DNA of 64,000 bases from a virus. How positions within the stretch are numbered: the stretch's first letter is position 1; every line of letters starts with the position of its first letter. The notes under the pieces were generated by a model. That model was not told where the DNA came from, did no database searches, and saw nothing but the letters and a program-made list of their open reading frames with translations. This document shows, one piece after another, positions 1 to 9,036 of the stretch. The position numbers and the translations under genes are program-made. The stretch lies in the IMG/VR virus record IMGVR_UViG_3300022188_000006, positions 1-64,000 of that record; one strand, given 5' to 3'.

Positions 1-293
1 CGCGAAAGTGGGTGCCGAAAAGCCTGCACCTGGGCTCAAGAACGGGGTTTTAGAGTTTCAGGCGAAAATATAGGCGGGATTTTGGGCAAAATATGTCGGG
101 AAAGGCCGGAGTTTGGGGTGAATTTGTGCCTGTTAGAGGAGATTTACCCCAGGATCTGCTCGAATTCTCACGTTGGGTGCCCGGGAAGGCGTCCCGGAAG
201 CCCGCAGAGGGGCAGAGAACAAAGAAAAGGCGGCCGCCACCATGACGGCCGCCCAGGAGAGAAAGTGGCCGAACCAGGCCACCGAAAAGTCGG

Positions 294-731
294 TCAGTGC
301 TGACCGGCATACTCTGCCGGTTCCACGTGACGCCGCACAGGGACCTCCGGCGCCAGCTCATACTTCGCCGCCGTCGTTATCAGCCTCGTGAACTTCAACG
401 GCACCCCGCTCCGCTTCACCCGAAAACCATGCTCCTCCAGCAACACCTTCACCATCGCGCCAATCATCGTGATAAAAAACCGGTCCCGGTTCTCCCGGGT
501 CCACCCGTACTTCCCACACAACAACTCCTCCTCCAAATGCACTACCACCCCCTGCAACGCCGGCCGGCCATGGTCTACCACACTGCTCACCAACCAGTCC
601 ACCCGCGCCCGCAACCACTCCCACACCTCCAACGCCCGCGGATCCGACTCGTACTTCGCATAATTCCGATACTCCTTCCGGTCGAAAAAACCCTCAAGCG
701 TACACGTACTCCGATAAACAGACATGGCCAT
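294..731 (-). CDS. hypothetical protein
   Basis: 145-aa ORF with AAAGGAG RBS and a consensus promoter upstream; strongly G-skewed coding strand. Confidence 0.7.
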   Translation of the reverse strand: MAMSVYRSTCTLEGFFDRKEYRNYAKYESDPRALEVWEWLRARVDWLVSSVVDHGRPALQGVVVHLEEELLCGKYGWTRENRDRFFITMIGAMVKVLLEEHGFRVKRSGVPLKFTRLITTAAKYELAPEVPVRRHVEPAEYAGQH

Positions 732-761
732 CTCCTTTCATAAATAAGTATGTCTTACCTC

Positions 762-790
762 ACTATACCCTATCGAAGATAGCTTGTCAA
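762..790 (-). promoter_or_regulatory. sigma70-type promoter TTGACA-N17-TATAGT
   Basis: Near-consensus hexamers with 17-nt spacer; the spacer contains a CTATC-TTC-GATAG palindrome. Confidence 0.7.
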
Positions 791-857
791 GTGATTTTCT
801 GGAATTATTTACTTATACCCTCGCCAACTTCTCCACCGCTACAGCGAGAGTTCCGAA

Positions 858-1010
858 TCATCTCCGCAGCGCGGTAGCCCCGGAGAACGAGCTACCCTGT
901 GTTGTTTCATCGACCTTCGTTACCAGTTGTGCTTGCCTCCCCACGTGGGTCACGATGCCCATCGCGCCGTTCATGACGCTCAGGTCGTAGTTGTTGCGAG
1001 TCTGTTCCAT
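858..1010 (-). pseudogene. fragment of a RecD2-like helicase
   Basis: Manual translation MEQTRNNYDLSVMNGAMGIV resembles the RecD2 motif xQxRNNYDLxVxNGxxGxV; only 50 aa. Confidence 0.5.
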
Positions 1011-1062
1011 GCCGTCGGATACTTACCGGCGGCGGAGGGATTTCGCCGAACCAGGTTTTGGC

Positions 1063-1090
1063 TTGACATGGCGGGAGGCTCAGGTATATT
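1063..1090 (+). promoter_or_regulatory. sigma70-type promoter TTGACA-N16-TATATT
   Basis: Hexamers upstream of the RHH-MTase operon. Confidence 0.55.
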
Positions 1091-1123
1091 TTGACCTTGA
1101 AGCTGAAAGTGAGGATTGCCGGG

Positions 1124-1333
1124 ATGGTCAGAGAGATGACGAAACGTGCAAGCAAGCGACCACCGATTCGGAAGATTCACATCAACCTTCCTGAGGAAGT
1201 GCACCAGAAACTTCGCGTCAAATGTGCCCTGGAGGATGTGACGATCCAAGAGTGGGTAAGCAACTTGATAAAGCAGGGTTTGCGGGACGTCACACTCAAT
1301 ACATCTACGAGGAAGCAGGGGTGGCAAGGATGA
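1124..1333 (+). CDS. ribbon-helix-helix DNA-binding protein (ParG/CopG-like)
   Basis: IHINLPEEVHQKLRVKCALEDVTIQEWVSNLI beta-alpha-alpha pattern; ATGA overlap with the MTase. Confidence 0.75.
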   Translation: MVREMTKRASKRPPIRKIHINLPEEVHQKLRVKCALEDVTIQEWVSNLIKQGLRDVTLNTSTRKQGWQG

Positions 1334-2466
1334 CTCGGCAACTTGCTTTGTGGGGAGAAACTTCTACGTCGGAAGATCCCGATTTCCTTAGCAAGCAATT
1401 GATTACCTGTATTGGGAACAAACGTGCGCTTCTCGGTCCCATCGGTATTGCTGTTGAAAAGGTAAAACGTCGGCTCAAAAAAGAGAAGCTTCGGGTTTTT
1501 GATGTTTTCAGCGGTTCGGGCGTTGTTTCCCGATTTCTTAAAGCTCATAGCAACTACATCGCGGCCAACGATATTGAGGATTTCGCTGTTGTAGTAGCAC
1601 GTTGTTTTCTGACAAATCGTAGCAAGGTGAACTGGAGCACTCTTTTAGATATTGTCTCCGATATCAACTCTAGGGTGGATGTAGAGCCGATGCCGATGGG
1701 GTTCATTGAGGAATTGTATTCTCCACGGGACGAGGCCAACATTTCTCCCGAGGATCGTGTTTTCTACACGAAAAAGAACGCGCGGCGTTTGGATAACTAC
1801 AGAAGACTTATTGAGCAGGCTCCCGTTGAGTTTCACGATCTTCTCTTGGGACCATTGTTGAGTGAAGCGTCGATTCACGCAAATACCGCTGGTGTTTTCA
1901 AAGGGTTTTATAAAGATCGGCGCACCGGCATTGGTCAGTTTGGCGGCACGAAACGTGATGCTCTTAAACGAATCCTCGCAGATATTGTACTTGAAGCCAC
2001 TATTCTAAGCCGGTTTGAATGCGAGTATGAGGTGTTTCAAGGGGACGCTAATGAAGTTGTTCGTAAGGAAAAAGGATTTGACTTCGCATATATAGACCCT
2101 CCATATAACCAACACCCGTATGGCTCAAATTATTTCATGCTGAATTTGATAGCTAAGTATAAGCGCCCACAAAGCATTAGTCGTGTATCTGGCATCCCAA
2201 AAGATTGGCGCAGGTCTGATTACAACAAGCGAGCCAAATGTTATCACGCCTTGCAAGATCTCTTACGCAACATTGATGCAAAATATCTTTTGGTTTCGTA
2301 TAACAACGAAGGCTTCGTATGCGAGGAAGAAATGGTGGTTCTTCTACGTGAACTTGGAAGGCTGGAAGTTTACGAAACTCGATATAATGCCTTTCGTGGG
2401 AGCCGGAATTTCAACAACCGTTCTATTCATGTGGTGGAACGCTTCTTTCTGGTGGAAAGGGAATGA
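1330..2466 (+). CDS. N6-adenine DNA methyltransferase (D12/Dam-like class)
   Basis: IGNKRALL, DVFSGSGVV (motif I), AAND and YIDPPYNQHPY (DPPY motif IV); more AT-rich than flanks. Confidence 0.92.
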   Translation: MTRQLALWGETSTSEDPDFLSKQLITCIGNKRALLGPIGIAVEKVKRRLKKEKLRVFDVFSGSGVVSRFLKAHSNYIAANDIEDFAVVVARCFLTNRSKVNWSTLLDIVSDINSRVDVEPMPMGFIEELYSPRDEANISPEDRVFYTKKNARRLDNYRRLIEQAPVEFHDLLLGPLLSEASIHANTAGVFKGFYKDRRTGIGQFGGTKRDALKRILADIVLEATILSRFECEYEVFQGDANEVVRKEKGFDFAYIDPPYNQHPYGSNYFMLNLIAKYKRPQSISRVSGIPKDWRRSDYNKRAKCYHALQDLLRNIDAKYLLVSYNNEGFVCEEEMVVLLRELGRLEVYETRYNAFRGSRNFNNRSIHVVERFFLVERE

Positions 2467-2469
2467 TAT

Positions 2470-2505
2470 ATGGCTCGAAAGGAGCAATTGCGCAAACAAA
2501 GGCTG
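2470..2505 (+). pseudogene. possible N-terminal stub of the cognate restriction endonuclease
   Basis: ATG 3 nt after the MTase stop, MARKEQLRKQR, then the frame runs antisense into the LRR gene. Confidence 0.3.
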
Positions 2506-2525
2506 CTGTGTAGTGAAACGTGTGA

Positions 2526-3215
2526 CTATACATCAGCTAACTCCTCGCTTCTCTTTTCACCCGGGCCGATAATCGTCCTCCCATCAGGCGACCAATGCGC
2601 CCCCGACCATTCCATGATCCGAGTATCATGCGGCATTTGTATCCTGAGAGCCGGGATCCCTTTCGGTATGCGCTTCACATTGAAGCACAGCAACAGGCTC
2701 AACCTTACCCCGATAACAATCCCTGGTGGAATATACTCAAGAGCCTTGCACCGCTTCAAGCTCAAGCTTCCGCCCACGTATAAGTCAGGATGGATCGTGC
2801 GCAGGCGCCAGCAGCTTTCAGCCAGTAAGTCCCCGCCCACGTGCAAACCCTGCGGAAAGGATTCCAATTCCCGGCATCTGCTTAGTATCAAGTCCCCGCC
2901 AACGCGCAATCCGTTTGGCAATGAGTGAAGCCTGCAACAACCTTCCAGCGCCAAGGATTCCCCCACCTCCAACGGTCCCTCAATACGCTCCAGTGCCTTG
3001 TTGTTCGCAAGATATAGCCCGCGCTTCACCTTCATACTTGGCAGGTAACGGAGGTCATCGAGACCGCGCAAGTCCAGGAAGCCATCAAATTCCACGCCCC
3101 TCAGCAGTTCCACCAACACGCCCTTGGAACCCCGTACCATCTCCACACGTTCCACCACAGACAGATCATGCGGGTCAATCGTCGGATCGAGCATCATTGA
3201 CGGCGTACCTGTCAC
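2526..3215 (-). CDS. leucine-rich-repeat protein
   Basis: Repeats LPxGLxVGGxLxLxxCxxL. Confidence 0.8.
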   Translation of the reverse strand: MTGTPSMMLDPTIDPHDLSVVERVEMVRGSKGVLVELLRGVEFDGFLDLRGLDDLRYLPSMKVKRGLYLANNKALERIEGPLEVGESLALEGCCRLHSLPNGLRVGGDLILSRCRELESFPQGLHVGGDLLAESCWRLRTIHPDLYVGGSLSLKRCKALEYIPPGIVIGVRLSLLLCFNVKRIPKGIPALRIQMPHDTRIMEWSGAHWSPDGRTIIGPGEKRSEELADV

Positions 3216-3441
3216 CTACATAGATGTTCGGGCAGAACCACGCGCTCAGCGACACCATCAGCAGAGGTTCCAGCCCGACCTGCCCTCGACGTCATAGTCG
3301 CATAGTCCCAATAGGGCGGAGAGGCGATAGTGCACCTGACCAATCCACAAGAGCAATGCTTGCAGTGCACACACGGCATCGGTCTCTACGACAAGGGACT
3401 GGTTGCAGCCAAGCGCATCAGTCGGTGTAGATACATCAGAA

Positions 3442-3888
3442 TCAGCCATCAGCTTCCACATCCAGCATCTGTACGACGCTCAGGCCCAAGTAGATAAGGC
3501 CGTAGCGATCTCCGTCCATCGCGCTACAAAGCAGATCCGCGCGTGCACGAAACTCTTGCCTGTCCATGTTGGTATGAATGTCCAGGCGAATAAAACCCGG
3601 GAGAGTCCCGTCCGGGTCATACGGTGCGTACAGTTTACACTTCACCCCCGGAAAGAGGATTCGCAAGGATTTGTCCAGCCACTCCAACCAAGACTCGCCC
3701 GAGTCAGGAAAGGCCTTCCTGAGATATTCGCGTGTTCCTTTGGCGACTGCAAGCAGATCTTCCTGCTCAGCACGAGCCTGTTCACTAAACGATTCGGCAG
3801 GCCCACTATCAAGCACCTGCGTCAGATGTGCTAATCTTCTGAGTGTGGTCATATTGCGTTGGCTCCCCGAACATCCTATATTTTTCAC
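3442..3888 (-). CDS. hypothetical protein
   Basis: ORF in the minus-strand gene run. Confidence 0.55.
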   Translation of the reverse strand: MKNIGCSGSQRNMTTLRRLAHLTQVLDSGPAESFSEQARAEQEDLLAVAKGTREYLRKAFPDSGESWLEWLDKSLRILFPGVKCKLYAPYDPDGTLPGFIRLDIHTNMDRQEFRARADLLCSAMDGDRYGLIYLGLSVVQMLDVEADG

Positions 3889-3919
3889 AAATCAACCAAG
3901 CCGCCTTGAGGCTGTCTGT

Positions 3920-4099
3920 CTACTCACGCGCCTTCTCTGAGGTGGGGAATCCCCACATGGCCACACGAATGCCATCCAGCACAGCACAAATGCGCTCAAA
4001 ATCCGGCCCCTCTAGGCAGGTCTCGTCAATGCGGTGCACCCTGCATTTTTGCAGGCTGACGAAGGAACGAGTCTCAAAATCCAGGTGATAGTCAGGCAT
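3920..4099 (-). pseudogene. 59-aa ORF starting with a phage family-A DNA polymerase exonuclease-I motif
   Basis: Manual translation MPDYHLDFETRSFVSLQKCRVHR (LDFETRS); TAATG-coupled to the upstream ORF. Confidence 0.45.
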
Positions 4100-4332
4100 T
4101 ACCCCTCAACCCCGTATTTAGCGCGCCACTTTTTTAAGTCACGATAGCATTGTTTAAGAAGCCGTTCATATTTCTGTGCTTTTTTATCATCAGAAAACCA
4201 AGCTAGAATTTCAATGTTCGCACCATCTTCCAATACCAACGCCTTACGTTTACAGTTTTGTAGCCGAGTGACGTATATCTTTTTTCTTCCTCGCACTAGC
4301 GCATAAACTATCTTTGTTTGGCTCTTCACCAT
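4099..4332 (-). CDS. small degenerate GIY-YIG-like protein
   Basis: VYAL...IYV motifs and a later E (KYERLL); GGAGG RBS; AT-rich. Confidence 0.45.
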   Translation of the reverse strand: MVKSQTKIVYALVRGRKKIYVTRLQNCKRKALVLEDGANIEILAWFSDDKKAQKYERLLKQCYRDLKKWRAKYGVEG

Positions 4333-4337
4333 ACTTT

Positions 4338-4958
4338 TTACCTCCAACAAGTGCCAAGTGCCCGCCGCAAGCCAAAACACCCATCATCAGCATCCGGCCG
4401 GTTTCCTTTCGGTAGCGCCGGATCGGTTCTTTTTTTTTTGATGACCTCGCAGCAGTGATCCGAGATCTTTATGCCAGAATCGACGAGGTAGCGCCATTTC
4501 TGCGGAAGTTTCTGAGAAGGACAGTACGCACCTTTGCGATTGTAACCGGTCAGGCGAAGGTGTCGTGTGGCCTCGTTTCGCGGATTCGGGTTTTGCAAAT
4601 CTTTGATGCAACGGGCAACCTTCTTTGAGACAACCGGATAACCATAGCGTTCGACCACTTTGTCGAAGGGCATCTTCGGCAAAAGCCAAGTGACATTTTC
4701 GAATGTTTTTACATGGGTCAGAATCTCGGGGTGCTCCAATCCCGTGTTACAGAAAACGGCAGAAACATCGGGATAAAATCTCCTGACAAGGTGCAAGAGA
4801 ACATTGCTGTCCTTCCCGCCTGAGAACGACACGAACACCTGGCCATCCCAGTACTCGTACCATTCCTGTATGCGACGCTCGGCGTAGCGCTCCTTTAGCT
4901 CTAGTGGTAAGCCCTGTCGTTGACGTAGCTGCCAGATTTCGACCTTCGGCACAAGCAC
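4338..4958 (-). pseudogene. PAPS-reductase-family protein, frameshifted and truncated
   Basis: SFSGGKDS PP-loop, NTGLE, GYPVVSK, CC..KK; an A10 tract shifts the KEPIRRY...GVLA continuation out of frame. Confidence 0.8.
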
Positions 4959-4961
4959 CTC

Positions 4962-5366
4962 CTATAAATCCGTATGAGCCACAAAACCGGCTACGCGAAC
5001 CTTCTCTGAACACTCGAATGGATAAGCGCATTTATTCAGGTACAGGTTCCCACCGATAAAAGCAGAATGGTACAGTCCAGGAATGCGCAAGCAAGAGTCC
5101 AGGTAAAAGTGTCCTCCGACGTGGAGACCGGGACCGATCTCTACCAGGTTAGGACAGTGCGCTATCGTAAGGTCACGCTCCACGCGCAATCCCGAAGGAA
5201 TGGCTGTCATCTGAGACAAATGACCAAGAACTAACCTCCCCTCAATTCGAACACCCTCAAGAAGACACGCAAGCAAGCCGTTGCTCTCCCGGACAATTTT
5301 AATCCTGTCCCTGACACAAAGTTTGCAGGGATCCAGTCCAGGTTCGCCTAAGATGGTCAGTGACAT
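4962..5366 (-). CDS. leucine-rich-repeat protein (paralog of 2526..3215)
   Basis: LDPxxLxVxxR..VRxSxGxL N-terminus plus GLxVGG repeats. Confidence 0.7.
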   Translation of the reverse strand: MSLTILGEPGLDPCKLCVRDRIKIVRESNGLLACLLEGVRIEGRLVLGHLSQMTAIPSGLRVERDLTIAHCPNLVEIGPGLHVGGHFYLDSCLRIPGLYHSAFIGGNLYLNKCAYPFECSEKVRVAGFVAHTDL

Positions 5367-5662
5367 AGATAAGCCCAGCTTTTTGGCAATCGAAGCGGTA
5401 ACGCGCAGTCCTGAAGGTCCAGCGCTCCCGCTACCTCTAAGCCATCCGGCAAATACCTCAACAGCTTGCAACCGTAAAACTCCATGTCCCCATCGACAAA
5501 TTCATTCTTCCCAGAGATATTGATAAGCAGCCCGTCGCTTTCCCTGACAAACTCAAGCTTTTCCTTCAAGGACAGCTTGCCAGGACGGAGCCGCGGACCG
5601 AGCAAGACAGTCTGCACGATGATGCTTCCTTTGAAAAGGATACCGGCCGGCGTGCCGGACAT
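5357..5662 (-). CDS. short LRR protein (paralog)
   Basis: Same N-terminal motif; LRYLPDGLEVAGALDL. Confidence 0.65.
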   Translation of the reverse strand: MSGTPAGILFKGSIIVQTVLLGPRLRPGKLSLKEKLEFVRESDGLLINISGKNEFVDGDMEFYGCKLLRYLPDGLEVAGALDLQDCALPLRLPKSWAYLCH

Positions 5663-5729
5663 AAACCTCTATTCTAAATACGCACCTCAGCGCGACTTCG
5701 TTATCGCCGCACCTGCCGGCCGGTACCAG

Positions 5730-6218
5730 TTACAACAGCTTCACGCACTGCTTGCGTCGGATGCACCGATAAATGACAGCCTCTGCTTTTATTTGCTCAG
5801 GTTCTATCGGACGCTCGAACTGCGTGAGTTCCCTCAGTGGTTTCCTGGGTATCTTGCGAACTCCGCGGAGTATGTAGATCTCTCGCGGCGTCTTCATACG
5901 AAAACAACAAATAAGCGTCCTGTGTTTGCTGAACCAGCGCCCCTCAACATGACAAGCTTCGCGGTAGACATCACCGGGGCTAATCAGGAACTTGTAATCC
6001 CCGCACTTTCCGAAAATACGATAAGTCGTTGACGCCTGATAAGGCGCCGAATGCACCTTGATCACACAAGCCAGGAAAGGAGGCATAACCTCTGTGTGTT
6101 CCTGGATGAGCGACAATGACCCTTTGTAGACTACGGTGCCGGTACTATGGAACCCATAAACATGATGGTACAACGCAGCGGAAGCACATCCGACCCTTAT
6201 TTCAGGAAATCTTCGCAT
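5730..6218 (-). CDS. hypothetical protein
   Basis: ORF overlapping the upstream stop. Confidence 0.5.
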   Translation of the reverse strand: MRRFPEIRVGCASAALYHHVYGFHSTGTVVYKGSLSLIQEHTEVMPPFLACVIKVHSAPYQASTTYRIFGKCGDYKFLISPGDVYREACHVEGRWFSKHRTLICCFRMKTPREIYILRGVRKIPRKPLRELTQFERPIEPEQIKAEAVIYRCIRRKQCVKLL

Positions 6219-6546
6219 AGTCAACCTCGGATGTGGGCACCACCTGCCCCTCAGATAATAGGACCGCTGCAACTTGTGGTTCCGACAAGTATTTTCCGGT
6301 TTCCCTTAACCAGCCGATAAAGCCAGATGTCTCAAGCAAATGCTTCTGGATTAACTTGTCGAGTCTCTGTGGCCGTGATCCGAGGGAATACGGTATCTCT
6401 ATGCTTTGGAGTTTTTCTACGAAAGAAGTCGACTGAGTAGACGAAAAATCAGTGGAGAGTGGTTCTTTGATCCAGGTCTCCTTGACGAGATACTTCGCCC
6501 CGTCCAGGCCTTGGCCTATATACCATCTTGTCGACTGATAATTCAT
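6202..6546 (-). CDS. hypothetical protein
   Basis: ATGA-coupled to the exonuclease. Confidence 0.6.
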   Translation of the reverse strand: MNYQSTRWYIGQGLDGAKYLVKETWIKEPLSTDFSSTQSTSFVEKLQSIEIPYSLGSRPQRLDKLIQKHLLETSGFIGWLRETGKYLSEPQVAAVLLSEGQVVPTSEVDYAKIS

Positions 6547-7343
6547 AGATCGCGCACGTCCTCGTAACCGGTGGGCCAGTAGCCGTTCTCTTGGCAGTGC
6601 AAAAGCTCTCGCATCCGCTCCTCATTTTCCTCACGGGCCGCGTCCAGACGGCCGCGGCTTATTCTCCATACACCTACCCGGAACGGCTCCTGTTTTTCAA
6701 CGGCTATCATGTGGATAGGAACGTCCTCATGCACAAGGGAAACCAACGCCCCGTAGAAAGCCATCTGATTCACGTAACCATACCGCTCGGCGTCACGCTC
6801 GAACCAATCAATGTCGTCACACGTCTTGAGGTCGACAATGCCGGTCTTGAGGGAGAAGAAATCCAAGCGCCCCTGACAGGCAATCCCGTTGTACGGCACA
6901 CGGACCGTGACCTCCGGCCAGCCTTCCTTCAGCAGACCTGTTGCAACTTCGTGATGCCGGACAGCAGCCGCCATCGTCTTAGCCACAGACAAGTCGGAAA
7001 CGGAAACCACCTCCTTTCCCTGTTTGTGCATTTCCTCTGCCCACGACGTGTAAGCCTTCGTCCTAGTTCCATACGGCTCACCTGTCTTCTCGTTGATTGG
7101 CGGATCGTAGGCGAATTCCTTCTCGAACACCTCCTGTCCTTCAAGGATCAGGGTGTGAACCATACGCCCGAAAGCAAAACTCCTGCTCTCGACTCCCTTG
7201 ATGAGACCGAGTTGCTTCTTTCTGAAGAGCAGCGGGCACTTGGCGAAATCTGCGAGGGCGTGACTCGTCAGGAACGACTTCGCCTTTTCTCGGTACTCTG
7301 ACATTGGTTCGAATGACATACGATCCGGAAGTTCAGCACTCAC
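6543..7343 (-). CDS. RecE/exodeoxyribonuclease VIII-like PD-(D/E)XK nuclease (DUF3799-like)
   Basis: FGRMVHTLILE, GRLD, IVDLKT, YxxQMAFY, IAVEKQEP, WPTGY. Confidence 0.88.
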   Translation of the reverse strand: MSAELPDRMSFEPMSEYREKAKSFLTSHALADFAKCPLLFRKKQLGLIKGVESRSFAFGRMVHTLILEGQEVFEKEFAYDPPINEKTGEPYGTRTKAYTSWAEEMHKQGKEVVSVSDLSVAKTMAAAVRHHEVATGLLKEGWPEVTVRVPYNGIACQGRLDFFSLKTGIVDLKTCDDIDWFERDAERYGYVNQMAFYGALVSLVHEDVPIHMIAVEKQEPFRVGVWRISRGRLDAAREENEERMRELLHCQENGYWPTGYEDVRDL

Positions 7344-7692
7344 GCAAGTCTCCTTTTATTGAGTTCCAATAACATGCCTGCAGAAACCTGTGCTTACAAA
7401 AGTCCGGTGGTTTGGATATCCTAATATGCAGCGGTATTCGCAACTTTGGTTCTCTCCTGCGCGCCTTCGCAAGCGGGCACTTGATCGTCCGAGCCGCGAA
7501 CCGTTTGAAATGGCGAGTAATCCGGTCCTCGTCGAAGGCCGGATCGTACCAAGCCTGCATCTCACACCAACAGCAAATGACAGCAGAAGCCCATCTCCGC
7601 GGCGGCCGGGTGGCTAGTACGTTGTCGATTCTGCTGCCATAGCACTTGAGCAGATCAGCGTACATCTCGTGGATTGTGCTTTTTTGAGTCAT
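7333..7692 (-). CDS. hypothetical protein
   Basis: ORF in operon. Confidence 0.55.
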   Translation of the reverse strand: MTQKSTIHEMYADLLKCYGSRIDNVLATRPPRRWASAVICCWCEMQAWYDPAFDEDRITRHFKRFAARTIKCPLAKARRREPKLRIPLHIRISKPPDFCKHRFLQACYWNSIKGDLREC

Positions 7693-7693
7693 A

Positions 7694-8473
7694 CTAACCT
7701 GGAAGCGGGGTCACACGCTTCACTTCCTCGATGCGCAGCTTATAGTGCTTGGCTAGGCGCTCAGGCGCCATGCCCTCCCGAAGACCAGCCGCGATGATGT
7801 TTGTGTGCTCGCAGAGATACCAGGCGTATTGGTCAGGCCAGCGGGATAGTACATCTGCTCGCTCAGACGGCGAGAGGCGCAGGAACACGCGCACGTCACG
7901 GGCGTCGCTACCATAAACCCGCCTTGCTTTTGCCACGTATTCCTCGAACTCTTGCCTGCTAGCTTCCCTTGGAGGCTCACTCTGTGCAGCTGTCGGTTTT
8001 TCTTTTTGCCTCTTGGACTCTGTAGCCAGGTACCACTTCAACGCACTGCCGTACTTGGCCTTGGCCGCGGCCCGTTCCTCAAAGCTCAATGCCGACCAAG
8101 CCGCGTGCAGAACCTCCGTGTCCACCTCGGGCAATTCCGGAGCCAGCGTCACCGGCTTGGCCTCGGGCTGTGTGACTTCACTCACCGGTTCCTCATCCTT
8201 TTTCGGCAATTGAAGTTTGTCTACCTCGAAAAGCGGCTTCTCGTATTCAAGGGGCTCTGTGTCCTGAGCAGCCGTTTCTTCGGGAGGCTCTGTCAAGTCC
8301 CGGGGCTTCGGGCCGGCATCTTCCAGGTCGCTACGCATAATTGCCGGCACGTCATGCCACACGACCTGCAGAGACCTCCTGCCAGGTACCTTCTCCTTGC
8401 GGGCAAACTGCAGCGTAGGTTTGTCCCCATCGACAATCCAACGCAAAGCGATAACTTCTTCGTGTTTGGCCAT
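7694..8473 (-). CDS. hypothetical protein, possible C-terminal HTH
   Basis: Acidic/Pro linker; GMAPERLAKHYKLRIEEV. Confidence 0.6.
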   Translation of the reverse strand: MAKHEEVIALRWIVDGDKPTLQFARKEKVPGRRSLQVVWHDVPAIMRSDLEDAGPKPRDLTEPPEETAAQDTEPLEYEKPLFEVDKLQLPKKDEEPVSEVTQPEAKPVTLAPELPEVDTEVLHAAWSALSFEERAAAKAKYGSALKWYLATESKRQKEKPTAAQSEPPREASRQEFEEYVAKARRVYGSDARDVRVFLRLSPSERADVLSRWPDQYAWYLCEHTNIIAAGLREGMAPERLAKHYKLRIEEVKRVTPLPG

Positions 8474-8475
8474 GG

Positions 8476-8982
8476 TTACATCCTATTCGGCATTTCCTGG
8501 TACATGTCAGGAGACACCTCCGGGTAGGTGCCCCTTGTTATTTCGATCAGGACTCGCTCGTAAGGACATCTGCGCGTCATTCCGCAGCGCCGTTTACTTT
8601 TCCGTTTTGGACAGTCCCCGTCACAGAGAGCAACACGCTGGCTCCCATTATGGCTCACGACTTGACGGTCGTCCTCGATGACTCCCGCCTTCTGGAGCAG
8701 ATCCTCCGGTGCTTGGTAGAGATTTGACATGTCGGGGAGTCTTCCGGTCGTCGACCAGGCGCCGAAAAAGGTCATGCACAGGTTCAGAGGTCCGGTCAGT
8801 GCTGACCGACCGCGGTGCTGGACCCGGAGCTGCAGGACAGCGTGCTTTTCGTAATCTTTGACGGATTCGCTGCTAGTTATGAACATCTTGCCCGTGCGCC
8901 GGTTTAGATGCAACCTCTTGTTGTTCTTGAGGATAACCGGGTGGCCCCATATGCAGTAGCGATGGACGATCTCGTCGTTCAT
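8476..8982 (-). CDS. RusA-like Holliday junction resolvase
   Basis: PDMSNL...EDLL..AGVIEDDRQVV motif. Confidence 0.8.
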   Translation of the reverse strand: MNDEIVHRYCIWGHPVILKNNKRLHLNRRTGKMFITSSESVKDYEKHAVLQLRVQHRGRSALTGPLNLCMTFFGAWSTTGRLPDMSNLYQAPEDLLQKAGVIEDDRQVVSHNGSQRVALCDGDCPKRKSKRRCGMTRRCPYERVLIEITRGTYPEVSPDMYQEMPNRM

Positions 8983-9036
8983 AGGCTCTCCTGCTCCCAC
9001 AAAATATACCGTCCATACCGTGGAATTTCAACCTGG

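Noticed and set aside
2470-2928. Full-length 152-aa restriction endonuclease
   Set aside because: Most of it is antisense to the LRR gene; only the first ~12 codons may be genuine.
3900-4340. Group I intron interrupting the PAPS reductase
   Set aside because: No downstream exon resuming PAPS-reductase sequence was found, and there is no room for an intron core.
4962-5662. One frameshifted LRR gene
   Set aside because: Both ORFs have their own copy of the N-terminal cap motif, so they are tandem paralogs.
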